DNA from: Anaerolineae bacterium
Lineage (GTDB): Bacteria > Chloroflexota > Anaerolineae > B4-G1 > DUEL01
Direction: 5' to 3'
DNA length: 55,310 bases
Assembly: GCA_049972045.1 (NCBI GenBank)
Contig: JBMFKS010000005.1
Location: forward strand, 4,202-59,511
The notes under the pieces are model-generated. The model did not search any database, was not told the DNA's origin, and saw only the letters and a program-made list of their open reading frames with translations. The translations under genes and the position numbers were made by a program. This document shows positions 48,501 through 55,310 of the stretch, in pieces (the first letter of the stretch is position 1; each line of letters begins with the position of its first letter).

Positions 48501-48684
48501 GGTCTGCCCGTTTGGGATTCCGAAGGTGCGCTACACGGATGTGGGCGTGGGCGGCATCCGGGGCGCGGCCTGCATTGAGCCCGCGCTTTGTCAGGGCTGC
48601 GGGACCTGTACGTCGGAGTGCCCGGCGAAGGCCATCCAGTTGGTGGCATACAAGGACGAGCAGGTGCTGGCGCAGATTGGGTGA
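45586..48684 (+). CDS. hdrA: Tandem two-module HdrA-family protein
   Basis: Two FAD motifs, QCVGSRD..YCSSICC and QCVW..YCSRICC, inserted and terminal ferredoxins. Confidence 0.93.
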   Translation: MAIPHHPTSSVLVVGGGVGGMRAAVDLAEAGLKVYLVEGLPWLGGRVAQLGYMFPTHDCVLCRGTSDHGYGCTRPSISPAFLDFNRHPNIEILTNTDLIRVEGRAGDFTVTVRHRPTYVDPEKCINCGLCTAVCPVDLPSFFEEALVTRKAIYKMAPRALPDAYVVDKVPRCEVCRRCESVCPTGAVNLDEEPYERDLNVGAIILSMGYALSDPDEYGELGYGRFPNVIHSMQYERLASRSGPTEGIVLRPSDGKVPQRIAWLQCVGSRDQKYPYCSSICCMYATKEAMIAKERIPGVHCQIFIMDERAFNKEFNAYYQRAQKEYRIEYTRCRISAVKEDPQTHNLILRYPDEEGRMREERFDLVVLSLGSRPPDGARDLARVLGIDLNPYGFCETDKFNPLETSRPGIYVCGTFQSPKEIAETIIDAAGAAGDVMRLLREHLGEHPSGREYPFLWKPDGLVPERDVRGEPPRVGVFLCRCTPTLDGVIDVEEVAAWARTQPDVAHVQLVDYGCFEAGQDAIRRAIREHNLNRVVVGACSHRTHEPLFQKVTREAGLNPYLMEMVNMREHCAWVHVDDPAGATRKAKEMLRTALARVRLAEPVYKEAVVPEPRALVIGGGVSGMTAALTIADAGYEVVLVEREPELGGNLRHVYYVAEGEDPQRLLRDLVNRVVGHERIRVFTRTEVVSHTGRVGDFRSVLRTTTRTGEMVETEIRHGVTIVATGGREWRGSVYMYGRDPRVVTSMELEEMIVHRPERIADLETVVFIQCVWPEGEVGYCSRICCTNTMKNAIRIKMLNPDCRVVVLYRDIVTYGFREAVYTEARRRGVIFMRYDEEHMPTIRFVGPQLELVAWDPSLRQEVPLYPDLVALSMAVLPSEGTERLARILDVPLSREGFFMEAHLKMRPMDFVAEGVFVCGMAHYPKFIEECIANAQAAAGRALTVLTKDQFYIGGVVARVDQSKCVGCLTCVRVCPFGIPKVRYTDVGVGGIRGAACIEPALCQGCGTCTSECPAKAIQLVAYKDEQVLAQIG

Positions 48685-48698
48685 GGTGAGGGGTTACA

Positions 48699-48980
48699 TT
48701 GAAGCCGATTCACTTTTCCCGACATGCCAGGCACCGGATGTATCTGCGCGGCGCAACAGAGCAGGAAGTTGTACAAACCATTCAAGGCGGCCTGTGGGAG
48801 CCAGCGCGGGGAGGAAAGTATCAGGCCCGCCGGACGTTTGTCTTCGGACAGCCGTCTCCGGTAGACCGGAAGATATATCCTTTCAAGACAGTACACGCCA
48901 TTTTTGCTGAGGAAACGGATAGAATTGTTGTGGTGACGGTTCTGGTTTACTATGGAAATGTTGGAGAGGAGGAGAAATGA
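48699..48980 (+). CDS. DUF4258-like putative toxin
   Basis: IHFSRHARHRMYLRGATEQEV...IVVVTV. Confidence 0.8.
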   Translation: MKPIHFSRHARHRMYLRGATEQEVVQTIQGGLWEPARGGKYQARRTFVFGQPSPVDRKIYPFKTVHAIFAEETDRIVVVTVLVYYGNVGEEEK

Positions 48981-49225
48981 GGATTTATTACGATGCAGAG
49001 GTGGATGCGTTGTATGTGCAGTTTCGCTCTTTGGAGCCGGGTATGGCGCAGGCGCGGCCGTTGAGCGACCAGATTATCGCGGACTATGACCCTGAGGGGC
49101 GGCTCGTCGGGCTGGAGATTCTGGATGTCAGCGAGTTGCTGGGAGAGGAGCGAGGCCGGCTGATGCTGGAGATCGCGCCGGCTCTGGTGTCCCGCGTGCC
49201 GGAAAGCGCGGGGTTCAAACTCTGA
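48977..49225 (+). CDS. DUF2283-family protein
   Basis: MRIYYDAEVDALYVQF...IADYDPEGRLVGLEILDVS. Confidence 0.88.
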   Translation: MRIYYDAEVDALYVQFRSLEPGMAQARPLSDQIIADYDPEGRLVGLEILDVSELLGEERGRLMLEIAPALVSRVPESAGFKL

Positions 49226-49284
49226 CCCCAGGGGGCGCAAAGAGACACGCGAAAAACTTTGTGTCCTTCGTGTCCTTTGTGGTT
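49225..49284. repeat. Degenerate inverted 9-mer array
   Basis: Right arm CTTTGTGTCCTTCGTGTCCTTTGTGGTT; left arm decayed. Confidence 0.7.
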
Positions 49285-49305
49285 CAACGCAGACCGGAGG
49301 TGTCA

Positions 49306-49743
49306 ATGGAGACCGGAGGGAACGGGCACGAGGAGTTCGTGCCGGAGATTGTGGCGTTCACCTGCATCTACTGCGGCTATATGGCGGCGGATACCGCCGG
49401 CGCGCTGCGGCTGAAGTACCCGTCCAACGTCCGGCTGGTGCGGCTCCCCTGCACCGGCAAGGCCGACGTCCGCTATATCCTGGAGGCCTTTGAGAAGGGC
49501 GCGGACGGGGTCTACATCGTCGCCTGCCCGCTGGGAAACTGCCACCATGTGCACGGCAACGAGCGCGCGCTGGCGCGGGTGAAGTACGCCAAGGCGCTGC
49601 TGGACAAAATCGGCATCGGGGGGGACCGGCTGGACATCGTTTTCGTCTCCGGCGGCATGGGTGCTACCTTCGCCGAGGCGGCGCGAAGGATGACGGAGAG
49701 GGTGAGGGAGTTGGGGCCGAGTCCGTTAAAAATGAACAATTAA
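49306..49743 (+). CDS. mvhD: MvhD-family 2Fe-2S subunit
   Basis: FTCIYC.Y.AADTAG, PCTG, GADGV..ACPLGNCHH. Confidence 0.93.
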   Translation: METGGNGHEEFVPEIVAFTCIYCGYMAADTAGALRLKYPSNVRLVRLPCTGKADVRYILEAFEKGADGVYIVACPLGNCHHVHGNERALARVKYAKALLDKIGIGGDRLDIVFVSGGMGATFAEAARRMTERVRELGPSPLKMNN

Positions 49744-49757
49744 CAATTAAAAATTAA
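49726..49757. repeat. AT-rich 7-mer array, left flank of the four-helix gene
   Basis: TTAAAAA TGAACAA TTAACAA TTAAAAA TTAA; contains the mvhD stop. Confidence 0.9.
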
Positions 49758-49767
49758 GGGGAGGTGG

Positions 49768-50244
49768 ATGACGCGCGGGGAGGTCCCGGCGGGGAAGAGG
49801 GAGACCCGGGACACAGTCCGGGCGGCTCCGGTTACCCGACCAGCGGAGCGGAGGCGCGACTGGCGGCTGGAGGGGAATCAGGGGCTGGATATTCAAGAGC
49901 GAGCGTTTCAATTCGCGGTGCGGGTAGTGAAACTGGTCAATCGGTTGCCCCGGACGATTGCCGGGATAGAAGTAGGCCGACAGTTGGTCCGCTCGGCGAC
50001 GTCGGTGGGGGCAAACTTGGAGGAGGCCGACGCGGCGGAGTCCAAAGCCGATTTTATTCACCAGGTGGGGATCGCCCACAAAGAGGCCCGGGAGGCTCGC
50101 TATTGGCTCCGCATCGTCCGCGCATCGCTGCTGGATGACGGGGAGGTCGTCTGGCTGCTTCGGGAAAGCGATGAGTTAGTTCGCATTCTCAACTCCATCA
50201 TCTCCAACGCCCGCAGGAGCCCGCGCAGCAAGGTCGGCCGCTAA
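49768..50244 (+). CDS. Four-helix-bundle protein (start uncertain)
   Basis: DIQERAFQFAVRVV...QLVRSATSVGANLEEA..AESKADFIH...KEAREARYWL. Confidence 0.92.
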   Translation: MTRGEVPAGKRETRDTVRAAPVTRPAERRRDWRLEGNQGLDIQERAFQFAVRVVKLVNRLPRTIAGIEVGRQLVRSATSVGANLEEADAAESKADFIHQVGIAHKEAREARYWLRIVRASLLDDGEVVWLLRESDELVRILNSIISNARRSPRSKVGR

Positions 50245-50249
50245 CTTCC

Positions 50250-50283
50250 ATTGTTAATTGTTAATTTCTTAATTGTTCATTCT
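50250..50283. repeat. AT-rich 7-mer array, right flank (complementary to 49726-49757)
   Basis: ATTGTTA ATTGTTA ATTTCTTA ATTGTTC ATT. Confidence 0.9.
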
Positions 50284-50298
50284 CCCAAAGGGGGCATC

Positions 50299-53200
50299 AT
50301 GTCCGGGCACTCCAACGGCGTAGTTGGTTCCGTTCTGGTTGTCGGCGGAGGCATCGCCGGGGTGCAGGCCGCGCTGGACCTGGCGGAGGCCGGCTTCAAG
50401 GTCTACCTGGTGGAGCAGAAGTCCGCCATCGGCGGGCACATGGCCCAACTGGATAAGACCTTCCCCACCAACGACTGCGCCATGTGTATCCTCAGCCCCA
50501 AACTGGTGGAGGCCGGCCGCCACCGCAATATTGAGTTGCTGGTGGATACCGAGGTCCTCAGCGTGGACGGGGACGCGGGTCGTTTCACCGTCCGTCTGCG
50601 CAAAAAACCCCGTTATATTGACCTGGACAAATGCACCGGATGCGGGGAGTGCAACCGGGTCTGTCCCGTTATCATCCCGGACCGGTTCAACGCGGGGCTG
50701 GGCGTCCAGCGCGCGGCCTATAAACTCTACCCCCAGGCGGTCCCCAACGCCTATGCCATAGAGAAGCGGGGGATCGCCCCCTGCCGGGACGCCTGTCCTA
50801 CCGGTCAGCGGGCCCAGGGCTATATTGCCCTCATTCGCGAGGGCCGCTACGAGGACGCCCTGCGGGTCATCAAAGAGGACAACCCGTTCCCGGGCATCTG
50901 TGGGCGCATTTGCAACCACCGCTGTGAGGACGCCTGCAACCGGGGCAAACTGGATGAGCCCATCAACATCCGAGCCCTCAAGCGCTTCGTCACGGATAAG
51001 GTGTACGAAAAGCCGCGCGTGCCCCCCGAACCGGCCCCGCGCCGGTATCCGCAGCGGGTTGCCGTCATCGGCGCCGGGCCCTGCGGCCTGACCGCCGCCC
51101 AAGACCTCCGCAAAATGGGCTACGGCGTCACCGTCTTTGAGGCCCTGCCCGTTGCCGGAGGGATGCTGCGCGTCGGCGTGCCGGAGTACCGCTTGCCCTC
51201 GTGGATTGTGGACCGCGAGGTCCAGGACATCGTGGACCTGGGCGTGGAGTTGCGGTTGAACCATCCGGTGAATAACCTGGATGAGGTCTTCGCGGAGGGG
51301 TTTGACGCGATTCTCATCGCCGTCGGCGCGCACGAGGGTCTCCGGCTCAATATCCCCGGGGCCGACCTGGAGGGTGTGCTGATCAACACCCACTTCCTGC
51401 GGGATGTCCGGCTGGGGAAGCCGCCGAAACTGGGAAAGGTCGTCGCGGTCATCGGCGCGGGCGACGTGGCGATGGACGTGGCCCGCACCGCGCGCCGGAT
51501 GGGCGCTGAGGTCCACGTCTATTACCGCCGCACCCGCGAGGAGGCTACGGCCGACCCGGAGGAGATGGAACGGGCGGAGGAAGAGGGCGTCGTCTTCCAC
51601 TGGCAGGTCACGCCGGTGGAGATTGTGGGGGACGGCGGCCGGCGCGTCGTAGGGATGAAGTGCGTCCGCACCGAACCGGGGCTGCCCGACGAGACGGGGC
51701 GCCGTCGTCCGGTCATCGTTCCCGACTCCGAACATTTTGTCCCCTGTGACAACGTCATCTTCTCCGTGGGGCAGCGGGCCGGTCTGGCCTTCATCCCGGA
51801 GAGTGTGGGCATCGGCGTTACGGACCAGGGGACGATCGCCGTCAATCCCAATACGCTGGCGACCAGCCGGCCGGGCGTCTTTGCCGCCGGCGATGTCGCG
51901 ACGGGAACGGCGTTTGTGATTGAGGCCGTCGCTGCAGGCCACCGCGCTGCCCAGGCTATCCACCGGTACCTTCAGGGGATGGATCCGGAGCCGCCGCCGA
52001 AACCCAGGTTGCCGGTGGTGGACCTCTCGCGGGCGGAGATTGAGGAGCGGGTCGCGCGCGGGGAGGTCACCGTTCAGCCCCGCGTCCCGATGGACACGCT
52101 ACCTGTGGAGCGACGGCTCTCCACCTTTGAAGAGGTCGTCGCCGGATACACCGACGAGCAGGCCCAGATGGAGGCGGCCCGCTGTCTGGCCTGCGGGATC
52201 TGCTCGGAGTGCCGCCTGTGTGAACGGGTCTGCCAGGCCGGCGCCGTGGACCACGATATGGTGGAACAGACGCTGGAACTGGAGGTCGGCGCGGTGCTGC
52301 TGGCCCCGGGCTTTGCCACCTTTGACGCCGAGAAGGCCGGGGAGTACGGCTGGGGCCGCTATCCCAACGTCGTGACGTCCCTGCAGTTTGAGCGGCTCCT
52401 CAACGCGTCCGGCCCCACTCTGGGGCATGTCCAGCGCCCGTCCGACGGCAAAACGCCCCGGCGCATCGCTTTCATCCAGTGCGTCGGCTCCCGCGACCAG
52501 AAGCACGACTATTGCTCCTCGGTCTGCTGCGTCTACGCCATCAAAGAGGCGATGATGGCGATAGAGCACGAGCCGGATACCGAGGTGACCATTTTCCTGA
52601 TGGACATGCGGGCCTTCAGCAAGGGGTACCTGGACTTCTACCACCGGGCGAAGGAGCGATACGGCATCCGCTTTGTGGAGTGCCGCGTCTCGGCGGTGAA
52701 GGAGGACCCGAAGAGCCGCAACCTGGTCATCCGGTATGTGGATGACCGGAATGGGCGGGGTATCCGGGAGGAGGAGTTTGACCTGGTTGTCCTCTCGGTG
52801 GGGATGGAGGTCCCGGAGAGCGTCCGGGACCTGGCCCGGCGGGTGGGCGTGGCGACGGACGCTTACGGCTTCTGCCAGACGGTACCCTTTGCGCCGCTGC
52901 AGACCAGCCGGCCGGGGGTCTTCGCCATCGGGCCGTTCCGGGAGCCGAAGGACATCCCGGAGTCGGTGGTGGAGGCCAGCGCGGCGGCGGGGCTGGCGGG
53001 CGCGCTTCTGGCTTCTGCCCGCTGGACCCAGACCGCGCCGGAGGTCTATCCGCTGGAGCGGGATGTGACGCAGGAGCCGCTGCGCATCGGCGTCTTCGTC
53101 TGCCAGTGTGGCTCCAACATCGCCGGATTCCTGGACGTTCCGGCGGTGGCGGAGTACGCGGCCACCCTGCCCGGCGTCGTCCATGCCGAATACAACCTCT

Positions 53201-54786
53201 ATACTTGCTCCCAGGACTCCATCCGGCGGATTGTTGAACGGGTGCAGGAATTGAATCTGAACCGGGTCGTCGTGGCGGCCTGCACGCCGCTGACGCATGA
53301 GCCGCTTTTCCAGGAGGCCATCCGGCAGGCGGGACTCAACCCGTATCTTTTTGAGATGGCCAACATCCGCAACCAGTGTTCGTGGGTCCACCAAAACGAC
53401 TGGGAAGGGGCAACGAAGAAGGCGAAGGACCTGGTGCGGATGGCGGTAGCGAAGGCGGCCCGGCTGGAGCCGCTCTACCGGACGCGCGTGCCGGTCCAGA
53501 AGGCCGCGCTGGTCATCGGCGGCGGCGCGGCGGGGCTGAACGCCGCACTGACCCTGGCCCGTCAGGGCTTCCCGGTCCATCTGGTGGAGCGGTCGGACCG
53601 GCTGGGGGGGCACCTGCTCCATCTGCGCCACTCGCTCCAGGAGGCGACAGGGGACGGGGAGCGGATGTGGCTGGACCCCCAGGCGTACGCCCGCGCGCTG
53701 GTGGGGCGGGTGGCCGCGGAGCCGCTGATCACCGTCCACCTGAACACGGAGGTCCTGGAGACCAGCGGCTTCGTGGGGCAGTACGTCTCCCGGCTGCGGG
53801 GGCCGCAGGGGGAGTTGGAGGTCTGCCACGGCGTGACGATTGTGGCCGTCGGCGGGGTAGAGTACCGGGGGCCGGAGTATGGCTACGGGACGGACCCGCG
53901 CATTCTCACTCAGCAGGAGTTTGAGGAGCGGCTGGGGGAGGGGCGGGACCTGCCCGATTCGGTGGTGATGATCCAGTGCGTGGGGCCGGCAGAGCGATAC
54001 TGCTCCCGCATCTGCTGCACGACGGCCCTGAAGAACGCGCTGATGCTGAAGCGGCACAAGCCGCAAGCCCGGGTGACGGTCATTTACCGGGACATCCGGA
54101 CTTTCGGGTTCAAGGAGCGCACCTACCAGGAGGCCCGCCGGGCCGGGGTGATATTTATCCGGTATGACTTTGACCGCAAGCCCGAGGTAAAGATTGCGGA
54201 TTCCAGGCTGCAGGTGCGGGTGTGGGAGCCGGTGCTGGGGGAGGAGTTGGTGCTGGAGCCGGACCTGGTGGTGCTGAGCATGCCGGTGGTGCCGTCACCG
54301 GGGGCGCGGGAGTTGGCGGCGCGGCTGAAGTTGCCGGTGGACCTGGACGGGTTCTTCCTGGAGGCGCATGTCAAACTGCGGCCGGTGGATTTCGCCACCG
54401 ACGGCTTCTTCTTGGCGGGGATGGCCCACTACCCGAAGTTCCTGGGGGAGGCGATCGCCCAGGCCCAGGCGGCCGCGGCCCGCGCGGCGACGGTTCTGGG
54501 CCGGGACTATCTGGAGGTGGGTGGCGTCGTCGCGCAGGTGGACGCGGAGAAGTGCGTCGGCTGCCTGACCTGTGTGCGGATTTGCCCGTACCGGGTGCCG
54601 CACATCCGCGCGGACCTGGTTGGGGTGGGGGGCATCGTCGGCGCGGCCTACATTGAGCCGGCTCAGTGCCACGGCTGCGGCATTTGCGTGGGCGAGTGCC
54701 CGGCGAAGGCCATCCAGTTGCTCCACTACCGGGACGTGGAGATGGAGGCGAAGATAGAGGCGCTGGAGGAACTCGTGGGGGTATGA
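50299..54786 (+). CDS. HdrL-type fusion: two HdrA modules with an inserted GltD/NfnB-like NAD(P)H-flavin domain
   Basis: DKTFPTNDCAMC; insert APCRDACP..CGRICNHRCEDAC, GAGPCG, GAGDVAMD..YRR, FAAGD, EAARCLAC; second HdrA module and terminal ferredoxin. Confidence 0.92.
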   Translation: MSGHSNGVVGSVLVVGGGIAGVQAALDLAEAGFKVYLVEQKSAIGGHMAQLDKTFPTNDCAMCILSPKLVEAGRHRNIELLVDTEVLSVDGDAGRFTVRLRKKPRYIDLDKCTGCGECNRVCPVIIPDRFNAGLGVQRAAYKLYPQAVPNAYAIEKRGIAPCRDACPTGQRAQGYIALIREGRYEDALRVIKEDNPFPGICGRICNHRCEDACNRGKLDEPINIRALKRFVTDKVYEKPRVPPEPAPRRYPQRVAVIGAGPCGLTAAQDLRKMGYGVTVFEALPVAGGMLRVGVPEYRLPSWIVDREVQDIVDLGVELRLNHPVNNLDEVFAEGFDAILIAVGAHEGLRLNIPGADLEGVLINTHFLRDVRLGKPPKLGKVVAVIGAGDVAMDVARTARRMGAEVHVYYRRTREEATADPEEMERAEEEGVVFHWQVTPVEIVGDGGRRVVGMKCVRTEPGLPDETGRRRPVIVPDSEHFVPCDNVIFSVGQRAGLAFIPESVGIGVTDQGTIAVNPNTLATSRPGVFAAGDVATGTAFVIEAVAAGHRAAQAIHRYLQGMDPEPPPKPRLPVVDLSRAEIEERVARGEVTVQPRVPMDTLPVERRLSTFEEVVAGYTDEQAQMEAARCLACGICSECRLCERVCQAGAVDHDMVEQTLELEVGAVLLAPGFATFDAEKAGEYGWGRYPNVVTSLQFERLLNASGPTLGHVQRPSDGKTPRRIAFIQCVGSRDQKHDYCSSVCCVYAIKEAMMAIEHEPDTEVTIFLMDMRAFSKGYLDFYHRAKERYGIRFVECRVSAVKEDPKSRNLVIRYVDDRNGRGIREEEFDLVVLSVGMEVPESVRDLARRVGVATDAYGFCQTVPFAPLQTSRPGVFAIGPFREPKDIPESVVEASAAAGLAGALLASARWTQTAPEVYPLERDVTQEPLRIGVFVCQCGSNIAGFLDVPAVAEYAATLPGVVHAEYNLYTCSQDSIRRIVERVQELNLNRVVVAACTPLTHEPLFQEAIRQAGLNPYLFEMANIRNQCSWVHQNDWEGATKKAKDLVRMAVAKAARLEPLYRTRVPVQKAALVIGGGAAGLNAALTLARQGFPVHLVERSDRLGGHLLHLRHSLQEATGDGERMWLDPQAYARALVGRVAAEPLITVHLNTEVLETSGFVGQYVSRLRGPQGELEVCHGVTIVAVGGVEYRGPEYGYGTDPRILTQQEFEERLGEGRDLPDSVVMIQCVGPAERYCSRICCTTALKNALMLKRHKPQARVTVIYRDIRTFGFKERTYQEARRAGVIFIRYDFDRKPEVKIADSRLQVRVWEPVLGEELVLEPDLVVLSMPVVPSPGARELAARLKLPVDLDGFFLEAHVKLRPVDFATDGFFLAGMAHYPKFLGEAIAQAQAAAARAATVLGRDYLEVGGVVAQVDAEKCVGCLTCVRICPYRVPHIRADLVGVGGIVGAAYIEPAQCHGCGICVGECPAKAIQLLHYRDVEMEAKIEALEELVGV

Positions 54787-54972
54787 TGGGGGTTGCAGAA
54801 ACATATGTCGTTATAGAGATTGGGGAATCGTTAAAAATAGCTGGAGAGCTCACACTTTACGCTTACGATGCCTATCTGATTCGTCGGAGAAATACCGTTC
54901 GCCCTTATTGACGCTGGACAGAGGTTTGGCAGTTGCGGCCCAACGAAGGGGAATAGAAGTGTGGAGTGTATA
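54783..54972 (+). pseudogene. Frameshifted PIN/VapC C-terminal remnant
   Basis: SLKIAGELTLYAYDAYLI and PLLTLDRGLAVAAQRRGIEV lie in different frames. Confidence 0.7.
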
Positions 54973-54983
54973 GGGGGTGCAGA

Positions 54984-55214
54984 ATGGAAGTTTATACTTG
55001 CACTCAGGCAAGACAGCGGCTGGCCGAGTTGCTGGAACGGGCGGAGGCGGAAGGCGAGGTCCGCATTAAACGCCGGGACGGGCGTGTATTTGTGGTCCGG
55101 CCGGAGCGGCGGAAGGGGTCGCCGCTGGATGTGAAGGGGTTGGATTTGGGGATAACTGCGGAGGAGATTCTGGAATCCATCCGGGAGGGGCGGGAGCGGC
55201 CGGTGTTCGGCTGA
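54984..55214 (+). CDS. Phd/YefM-family antitoxin
   Basis: YTCTQARQRLAELLERA..EGEVRIKRRDG. Confidence 0.85.
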   Translation: MEVYTCTQARQRLAELLERAEAEGEVRIKRRDGRVFVVRPERRKGSPLDVKGLDLGITAEEILESIREGRERPVFG

Positions 55215-55310
55215 GCGGGCCGGGGACGTGCAGTCGCAAGGATTGCGGAGGATAGAGGGTGGCGGAACCGAGGTCTCGCAACGGCTGGAGGTGGGTTGTC
55301 CTGACGACAG

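Noticed and set aside
1593-54066. Many long minus-strand ORFs (for example 1593-4727, 7453-10677, 20242-22752, 29088-31850, 45565-48351)
   Set aside because: Shadow frames of GC-rich genes, with no recognisable motifs.
24208-54786. Selenocysteine recoding in HdrA or MvhD
   Set aside because: All these frames are open and full length with Cys at the motifs; no in-frame TGA is needed.
7144-55214. Integron cassette array
   Set aside because: No integrase, no consistent attC core sites that I could see, and the cassettes are dispersed among core genes.

Overview
High-GC anaerobe window, probably a thermophilic Chloroflexota/Anaerolineae (inferred, not shown). A partial acyl-CoA dehydrogenase gene on the minus strand is divergent from a roughly 53 kb co-directional gene cluster. 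The cluster holds the Wood-Ljungdahl genes (fhs, cooS, acsB, acsD, acsC, acsV, cooC, acsE, folD) followed by a large heterodisulfide-reductase array: six HdrA-family genes including an HdrL-type fusion, two hdrC-hdrB pairs, an HdrD-like protein, two mvhD, an FdhB-like Fe-S protein and a soluble Frd/Tfr-like pair. The most striking pattern is in the junctions. By my count 17 of 29 carry small cargo genes (MNT-HEPN, HicAB, MazF, BrnTA, VapBC, DUF4258/DUF2283, four-helix-bundle, GxxExxY), intact or decayed. Most of the others carry short tandem 7/8/9-mer arrays, usually arranged as inverted pairs, and such arrays also bracket the four-helix-bundle and GxxExxY genes. Also visible are a roughly 140 bp MITE with a demonstrable target duplication, a shared palindromic operator at both divergent promoters, and apparent TCGA/AGCT avoidance. 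All family calls come from reading motifs by eye; no searches were run.
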